Assembly: GCA_964502225.1 (NCBI GenBank)
Contig: CAZCUC010000003.1
Location: 12,782 to 76,781, forward strand
DNA: 64,000 nt
Direction of reading: 5' to 3'
DNA from: an uncultured Pseudomonadales bacterium
Lineage (GTDB): Bacteria; Patescibacteriota; Microgenomatia; UBA1400; UBA12108
The translations under genes and the position numbers were made by a program. The notes beneath the pieces are model-generated. The model was given only the letters and a program-made list of their open reading frames with translations. It had not been told where the DNA came from and did not search any database. Position 1 is the stretch's first letter, and the number at the start of each line of letters is the position of its first letter. Of the stretch, positions 58,900 through 64,000 are shown piece after piece.

Positions 58900-60135
58900 T
58901 TACTTCAACAACGTCTCTATCGCTCTATCCAACTGTTCATCCAGATCTTTGGTTTCAATATCATCCTCGATTTTTACGTCTGGAGTAATCCCCTCTTTCC
59001 CTATCCATCTCCCCGATGGCAATACCCACTTTGCCACAGTCACATGGAGCGAGGATCCGTCAGCTAGCTCCTGCACCTCTTGGACCGTCCCCTTGCCAAA
59101 CGATTGTTCTCCCACGATCTCTGCTCGTTTGTTATCTTGCAGTGCCCCAGCCGTGATCTCCGATGCCGAAGCCGAGCCTTTGTTTACGAGCACTACCAGC
59201 GGGATACTAGTCAAGTTCCCTTTTCGATCCACATTGTATGTTTCACTATTTTTTCTCCCCTCTTGTTTTACGACTACTCCAGATGCCAAAAACTCACTCG
59301 TCACAAACACGGCCCCATCTAGATATCCTCCTGGGTTATTGCGCAGATCCAGTACTACGCCTGCCGGCTTGGCACTCACAATCTCTGCTACTTTTTGGAG
59401 CCATTCTTTGTCAGTACGGCCACCAAATTTGTGCAACTCCAGATGGGCGATTTTTTTGCCATTTTTCTCGATAAATTTGAGCTCAACCGATGGCACGACG
59501 ATCTCATCTCTCACGATGGTCACATCGTACGATTTTGGCGCACCATCACGATACATAGTCAAAATAACTGGTGTACCGCGCTCACCGCGGATATGGGTAA
59601 CAGCAGTAGGCAAGGTCATCCCCCTGGTGTCGAGATCCACGTTTTTCTTTTCGTCTTTAATATGCAAAATCAAATCTCCTGGCTTAACCGAGGCTTTATC
59701 TGCGGGTGAACCAGTAATCGGCGATACAACGGCCAGAGTTCCGTCTTTATACCCTAGCTCGATCCCCACACCAAAAAAAGCTCCACTCAAATCTTCGTTT
59801 GCTTGTTTGTTTTCCTTTGGTGGCAAGTACTGGGTATATGGATCATCCAGTGATTGGGCCAATCCCTGCATCGATCCCCAGGTCATCTTGGCGTAATCTA
59901 GTTTCGATGGATCGACATAGCTGTTCTCCAGCCGCTTCCATACTTCCCAAAACTTGCTAAAGTCAGCCGCTGTCACTGCGCCCTCACCAGAGTTGCCACT
60001 AAATTTGCGCACAATTGGGCTCTCACTTTTACCTAGTCTTATCTTGGCTGTCTCATACCCACCAGCAAAAACCAACACTCCAAACGATAACAGGAAGAAA
60101 AAGTTGCGAACATGCCTCAAACTTAATTTAGCCAT
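58900..60135 (-). CDS. S41-family C-terminal processing peptidase (CtpA/Prc-like)
   Basis: PDZ domain followed by VLDLRNNPGGYLDGAV and the VLVNKGSASASEI Ser/Lys-dyad region. Confidence 0.8.
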   Translation of the reverse strand: MAKLSLRHVRNFFFLLSFGVLVFAGGYETAKIRLGKSESPIVRKFSGNSGEGAVTAADFSKFWEVWKRLENSYVDPSKLDYAKMTWGSMQGLAQSLDDPYTQYLPPKENKQANEDLSGAFFGVGIELGYKDGTLAVVSPITGSPADKASVKPGDLILHIKDEKKNVDLDTRGMTLPTAVTHIRGERGTPVILTMYRDGAPKSYDVTIVRDEIVVPSVELKFIEKNGKKIAHLELHKFGGRTDKEWLQKVAEIVSAKPAGVVLDLRNNPGGYLDGAVFVTSEFLASGVVVKQEGRKNSETYNVDRKGNLTSIPLVVLVNKGSASASEITAGALQDNKRAEIVGEQSFGKGTVQEVQELADGSSLHVTVAKWVLPSGRWIGKEGITPDVKIEDDIETKDLDEQLDRAIETLLK

Positions 60136-60198
60136 ATCGAATATCCTACACGATAAACTGATTTACGGGAATACGGCTAGACTGATTTACTATTCAAA

Positions 60199-60417
60199 TT
60201 ACGCCGCAAATGGGAGTAGTGCGAGCATGCGTGCGCGTTTTACCGCGATGCGTAGTGCCCTTTGGCCTTTGGAGTCTAGTCCTGTGCGCTCTCTAGGTAG
60301 GATCCTGCCTTGCTCAGTCACGAATCTGCTCAGTGTAGCTACATCTTTGTAGTTAAACACGATAGGAGCATCACCTTTGCTCATAATTGGTTTTTCTGGT
60401 CTTGGTTTGCGTTGCAT
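60199..60417 (-). CDS. rpsR: 30S ribosomal protein S18
   Basis: [49 protein letters not shown]. Confidence 0.9.
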   Translation of the reverse strand: MQRKPRPEKPIMSKGDAPIVFNYKDVATLSRFVTEQGRILPRERTGLDSKGQRALRIAVKRARMLALLPFAA

Positions 60418-60459
60418 ATCTCTCCTTATTTTAGTATTTACAGCTTAGTATTTAGGATT

Positions 60460-60996
60460 TTAAAATGGTATATCCTCGACGTTCACGCTGTCGTCAACCG
60501 GCTCCGGAGCCTTCTCCGCTACTTTTTTGACAGCTTTCTTGGGTTTTTCTATCTCTGCCTCAGGTGCAGTTTCACTTTGTGGGACATTAGTCGCCTCTTC
60601 ACTCACCCCCACAAAATCATCTTCGTTAGCTCCACCCATAGGTGCCCCGTCGCGGTTGCGAGTATCCAGGATCATCATATTCTCGGCCACAATCTCGGTA
60701 ATCTCGCGTTGCTGGCCATCTTGACCGGTAAATTTGCGAGTCTGTAGGCGACCCTCAATAAAGATTTTGCGACCCTTAAACAAGAGCTGACCACAAATCT
60801 CGGCCAACTTGCTCCAGGCTACAATTCGGTGGAATTGGGTTTCTTCTTGGCGATCAGAGCCATCACCCGAGCTCCAACTGCGGTTAGTAGCCAGACCAAA
60901 AGTAGCTACAGCTGTACCAGACGGTGTATAGCGGACTTCGACATCGCGCGTCAGATTTCCTATGAGCATTACTTTATTTAGCGACCTAGATGACAT
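60460..60996 (-). CDS. ssb: single-stranded DNA-binding protein
   Basis: OB-fold N-terminus LNKVMLIGNLTRDVEVRYTPSG, Gly/Pro-rich linker, acidic C-terminal tail ending DIPF. Confidence 0.9.
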   Translation of the reverse strand: MSSRSLNKVMLIGNLTRDVEVRYTPSGTAVATFGLATNRSWSSGDGSDRQEETQFHRIVAWSKLAEICGQLLFKGRKIFIEGRLQTRKFTGQDGQQREITEIVAENMMILDTRNRDGAPMGGANEDDFVGVSEEATNVPQSETAPEAEIEKPKKAVKKVAEKAPEPVDDSVNVEDIPF

Positions 60997-61010
60997 ATTC
61001 CCTCCTATTC

Positions 61011-61283
61011 TTAAACTCTGACAAACATATATCTGAGTATACTCTCATCCATTTTAAGCATTTTATCCAGTAAGATCTGCTGTGCTGGCTCGAGGGTAAT
61101 TACGAAGTGTTCATACTGGGCCGTAGCCAGTTTTTTGATTGGATAAGCCAGGTGTTTAGAACCCCAGCTCTCCTGCTTATTGACTTCACCTTTAGTTTTT
61201 TTGGCAAAATCGGTCACTAGTTTCACAATACGTGCGACTTCGTCGCCTTCAGGCATCACTATAGTTAGTTCATATGTATTCAT
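61011..61283 (-). CDS. rpsF: 30S ribosomal protein S6
   Basis: MNTYELTIVMPEGDE...HFVITLEP; first gene of the rpsF-ssb-rpsR order. Confidence 0.85.
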   Translation of the reverse strand: MNTYELTIVMPEGDEVARIVKLVTDFAKKTKGEVNKQESWGSKHLAYPIKKLATAQYEHFVITLEPAQQILLDKMLKMDESILRYMFVRV

Positions 61284-61328
61284 AGGGGGGATTATAGCAA
61301 GAGCTGGTCAGACGTGCAATCGTCAAAA

Positions 61329-62426
61329 CTATTTCCCTATCATGAATTCTACGACATCACCCTCCTGCATCACATACGTCTTACCCTCTGTCCTCATCTT
61401 CCCCTTCTCCGCCGCACCCTTCCATCCGTTTAGCTCAATAAAGTCACTATAGTGGCAGACTTTGGCCGAGATAAAGTGTTTGACAAAGTCAGTATGGATC
61501 ACCCCGGCCGCATCTGGCGCCAGGCACCCCACAGGAATAGTCCACGCCCTCACCTCTAGCTCTCCTGCAGTGAGGAAAGATTGCAGTCCCAGCCTCTTGT
61601 ACGCCGCCGCAATCAGACTCTCTAGTCCTGTCCTCTCAATACCAGCGGACTTGAGGTATTCCAGTCGTTCTGCACCCTCAAACCCAGCCAGCTCCTCTTC
61701 CAGCTTGGCGCAGATGGCTACACAATCACTTACTTGAATCTCAATTTTCTTCACTCGCAGTCGCTCCACAAACTCGGCGATAATCGTACCCGATTTTGAC
61801 ATCCCTGCCTCATCGGTATTTAAGCAGAACATTTGGGGTTTGGCAGTCAGTAGAAATAGCTCTTTGGCCGCTTCAGCCTCTTCGTCCAGTAGGTCTACAC
61901 TCCGCGCGGACACTCCAGATTCTAGGGCACTACGTAATTTGAGCACAGCTGACCAGCGGACAGAATCAGTTTTTTCTACCTTACCATGGGGCTCTTTTTG
62001 TTTTTCTAGGGTCGAGAGATCGGCTAGTTGCAGTTCAGTTTCGATGGTCAGATAGTCTTCAACACTATCCCCACTCCCCGTCTGGATCACGTTGGAGTCC
62101 GAGAACGCGCGGACTACGTGCAAGATCACACTAGCTTCGCGGATATGCGAGAGGAATTTGTTCCCCAGTCCCTCTCCCTGGCTGGCACCCTTTACCAGGC
62201 CAGCGATATCGAGGAATGTCACCGTGGCCGGCACCAACTTGGTAGTAGAGACAATTGGCGCCAGTTTCGCGAGCCTATCATCAGGGACCGGGACAATGCC
62301 TACATTAGGTTCGATGGTAGCGAATGGATAGTTGGCCGCAAAAGCCTGCTGTTTGGACAGAAGCGCATTAAATAACGTGCTCTTCCCTACATTTGGCAAC
62401 CCCACTATTCCGACAGATAAACTCAT
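61329..62426 (-). CDS. ychF: ribosome-binding ATPase YchF (Obg-family)
   Basis: G1 motif GIVGLPNVGKSTLFNALL and C-terminal TGS domain (YVMQEGDVVEF). Confidence 0.9.
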   Translation of the reverse strand: MSLSVGIVGLPNVGKSTLFNALLSKQQAFAANYPFATIEPNVGIVPVPDDRLAKLAPIVSTTKLVPATVTFLDIAGLVKGASQGEGLGNKFLSHIREASVILHVVRAFSDSNVIQTGSGDSVEDYLTIETELQLADLSTLEKQKEPHGKVEKTDSVRWSAVLKLRSALESGVSARSVDLLDEEAEAAKELFLLTAKPQMFCLNTDEAGMSKSGTIIAEFVERLRVKKIEIQVSDCVAICAKLEEELAGFEGAERLEYLKSAGIERTGLESLIAAAYKRLGLQSFLTAGELEVRAWTIPVGCLAPDAAGVIHTDFVKHFISAKVCHYSDFIELNGWKGAAEKGKMRTEGKTYVMQEGDVVEFMIGK

Positions 62427-62509
62427 ATCTTGTATTGTACCTCATGATGCTCGTCCTCAGAGTCCCCCACTCCTCCCAGCCGGTAGTTTACAGGGAGAGA
62501 CCTTGTAAA

Positions 62510-63973
62510 CTATATCTCCCCCACTTTGTCCTCGTACTCACTGATCCAAAAGTCCATCTTGGCCTCTGGCATCAGGAACACTTTATCCGGCTTGAGCTCT
62601 TTAATAAACTCTTCCGTATGAGACACAATGATCATGGTTCCCTTGTACGATTTGAGGGCATCCAGGATCACCCGCTGGGACATCACATCCAGATAGGTCG
62701 TAGGCTCATCTAGGATTAAAAAATTTGCATCCGTCGAGCACAACATGGCGATCGAGAGACGCGTCTTCTCCCCTCCCGACAATGTCCCTACTTTTTGATG
62801 GACTTTGCTGGAGGGAAAGTTAAATTTACCCAGAAACGGTCGACAAAACGACTCCATCCGTTCACACTTGTCCATAAACAACTGCAAAACCGACTTGTCC
62901 ATATCAAAATCCTCAAACTCTTGGGAGTAATAGCCTAGTCGGTTCATTGCATTCCACTCGACCACTCCACTATCGGGTTTGATCTGCCCAATCAAGAGCT
63001 TGATCAAAGTCGATTTTCCCACTCCGTTGGGCCCAAGCATGGCGATTTTTTCACCCCGACGGATAGAAAAGTTCAGATTCTTGATCACTTGCAGGGTATC
63101 GTACGATTTAGAAATCGACCTAGCCGTCACGAGGATATCGCCGCTTCGCGCGGGCTCTGGCAGTTGGATCTTGATACTGCGCACCTCCGGCGGGAGTTCT
63201 GGCAATACTTCTTTGAGCCGCGCAATTCTCCTCTGCATCACTATGCGAGCATCCACGCCAATCACTTTGATCGCGTGCTCCAGCTTGGCGATCTGCCTTT
63301 GCTGGCCGACCACTTGTTTCTTAAAAACATCGGCCGCTTGTTTTTGTAGTTGCAAATACTTGGTGTAGTTGCCCTTGTACTCCTCTATTTTGTGGGTATG
63401 CTTGTTCACATAAATCACCCGGTCGATCGCTTTATCCATGAGCGAGAGATCATGCGAAATCAGGATCAAAGTTTTGGGGTACTGGGCAAGCAATCCCATC
63501 ACCCATTTCTTACCCTCTATATCCATAAAGTTCGTGGGCTCATCCAGCAGGAGGGTATCGGGTTCTTTAAGTAGTGCTCGAGTTAGTGCAAACTTGGTCT
63601 TGACTCCCCCACTATAACCCTGTGGTTTAGAGTTTAAATCAACCTCCCCTACCCCGAGTCCCGCAAGCAGTTTGCGGATTTTGTGCTCAGGGATCTCGCC
63701 GTCTGGATTGATATAAGCCATCACACTCTCTGCTTGGTCTAAGATTGGATCGCGCTTGACCTCTTGCGGGACCAGCTCCATGGTACCAGTAATATCCAAG
63801 GCACCTTCATCAGGGTACTCCTCCCCACGAAACAGTTTAAGCAGGGTCGATTTGCCTGTCCCATTCTCTCCCACCAGTCCTACTTTTTGTCCATCTTCAA
63901 TGCGAAAATTGGCCTCGACCAACAAGGGTTTCTCTCCGTAGCTAAAACTAAGATCTGTTACTCTGATACTCAT
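62510..63973 (-). CDS. ABC-F family ATPase (two ABC domains, no TM domain)
   Basis: Two Walker A sites (GENGTGKSTLLK, GPNGVGKSTLIK), two signature/Walker B regions (LLDEPTNFMD, LILDEPTTYLD) and an inter-domain linker, as in EttA/Uup-type proteins. Confidence 0.85.
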   Translation of the reverse strand: MSIRVTDLSFSYGEKPLLVEANFRIEDGQKVGLVGENGTGKSTLLKLFRGEEYPDEGALDITGTMELVPQEVKRDPILDQAESVMAYINPDGEIPEHKIRKLLAGLGVGEVDLNSKPQGYSGGVKTKFALTRALLKEPDTLLLDEPTNFMDIEGKKWVMGLLAQYPKTLILISHDLSLMDKAIDRVIYVNKHTHKIEEYKGNYTKYLQLQKQAADVFKKQVVGQQRQIAKLEHAIKVIGVDARIVMQRRIARLKEVLPELPPEVRSIKIQLPEPARSGDILVTARSISKSYDTLQVIKNLNFSIRRGEKIAMLGPNGVGKSTLIKLLIGQIKPDSGVVEWNAMNRLGYYSQEFEDFDMDKSVLQLFMDKCERMESFCRPFLGKFNFPSSKVHQKVGTLSGGEKTRLSIAMLCSTDANFLILDEPTTYLDVMSQRVILDALKSYKGTMIIVSHTEEFIKELKPDKVFLMPEAKMDFWISEYEDKVGEI

Positions 63974-64000
63974 CTGGCCATTCTACACGAGACCTGCCCG

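Overview
The window reads as a compact bacterial chromosome segment on the standard genetic code, about 50% GC, with many short, tightly packed or overlapping genes. TGA is used as a stop (for example recG), so UGA is not recoded. The gene content (class A PBP, tRNA synthetases, a short NusB, rpmF, rnc, rpsP, gyrB, ppa, gyrA, a short DnaB, rpsF-ssb-rpsR, YchF and an ABC-F ATPase) plus a large type IV pilus locus is the kind of inventory seen in Patescibacteria (CPR)-like genomes. Lineage assignment is inference only. Main blocks: (1) pheT (cut by the window edge), a PBP1A, a promoter/terminator-bounded noncoding leader, a GNAT-fusion protein plus an M20 deacylase, tyrS, recG, rpmF-nusB-rnc-rpsP-KH. 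(2) A roughly 12.7 kb type IV pilus locus (12.0-24.7 kb): pilO-pilN-pilM and a PilX-like gene on the minus strand, six tandem prepilin genes, pilD, a seventh prepilin, pilC-pilT-pilB and an adjacent glycosyltransferase-like membrane protein. (3) holB-gyrB-ppa-gyrA carrying a family of 9-bp in-frame tandem repeats at three sites. (4) A roughly 3.6 kb accessory-looking block (30.8-34.4 kb) with an AT-rich NUDIX gene, HIT-like, GNAT-like, GrpB and cdd genes and a TrpR/YerC-like regulator. Three copies of a perfect palindromic element sit in this block, two of them identical 26-mers. (5) ddl-murF, two alpha/beta hydrolases, a XerC/D-type recombinase, a small winged-helix gene preceded by an array of eight 10-bp phased repeats, and a 0.65 kb ORF-free region. 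(6) yebC, an LCP-family protein, queA, rluA, lgt-dksA-(truncated lspA), a tRNA-Leu(CAA) missed by the ORF track, dnaB, secreted/membrane unknowns, a second YerC-like gene, a second promoter/terminator-bounded small transcript ahead of a second M20 peptidase, hisS, an EamA transporter, rpmE, prfA, htrA, ctpA, rpsR-ssb-rpsF, ychF and an ABC-F gene. No CRISPR array, rRNA or transposase was seen. The best candidates for undescribed biology are the palindrome-flanked TrpR-like mini-cassette in the nucleotide-hydrolase island, the two RNA-leader-controlled M20 loci, the 9-bp repeat family in the gyrase locus, and the iteron-like array next to the XerD-like gene. All calls are by eye from motifs. No database search was run.
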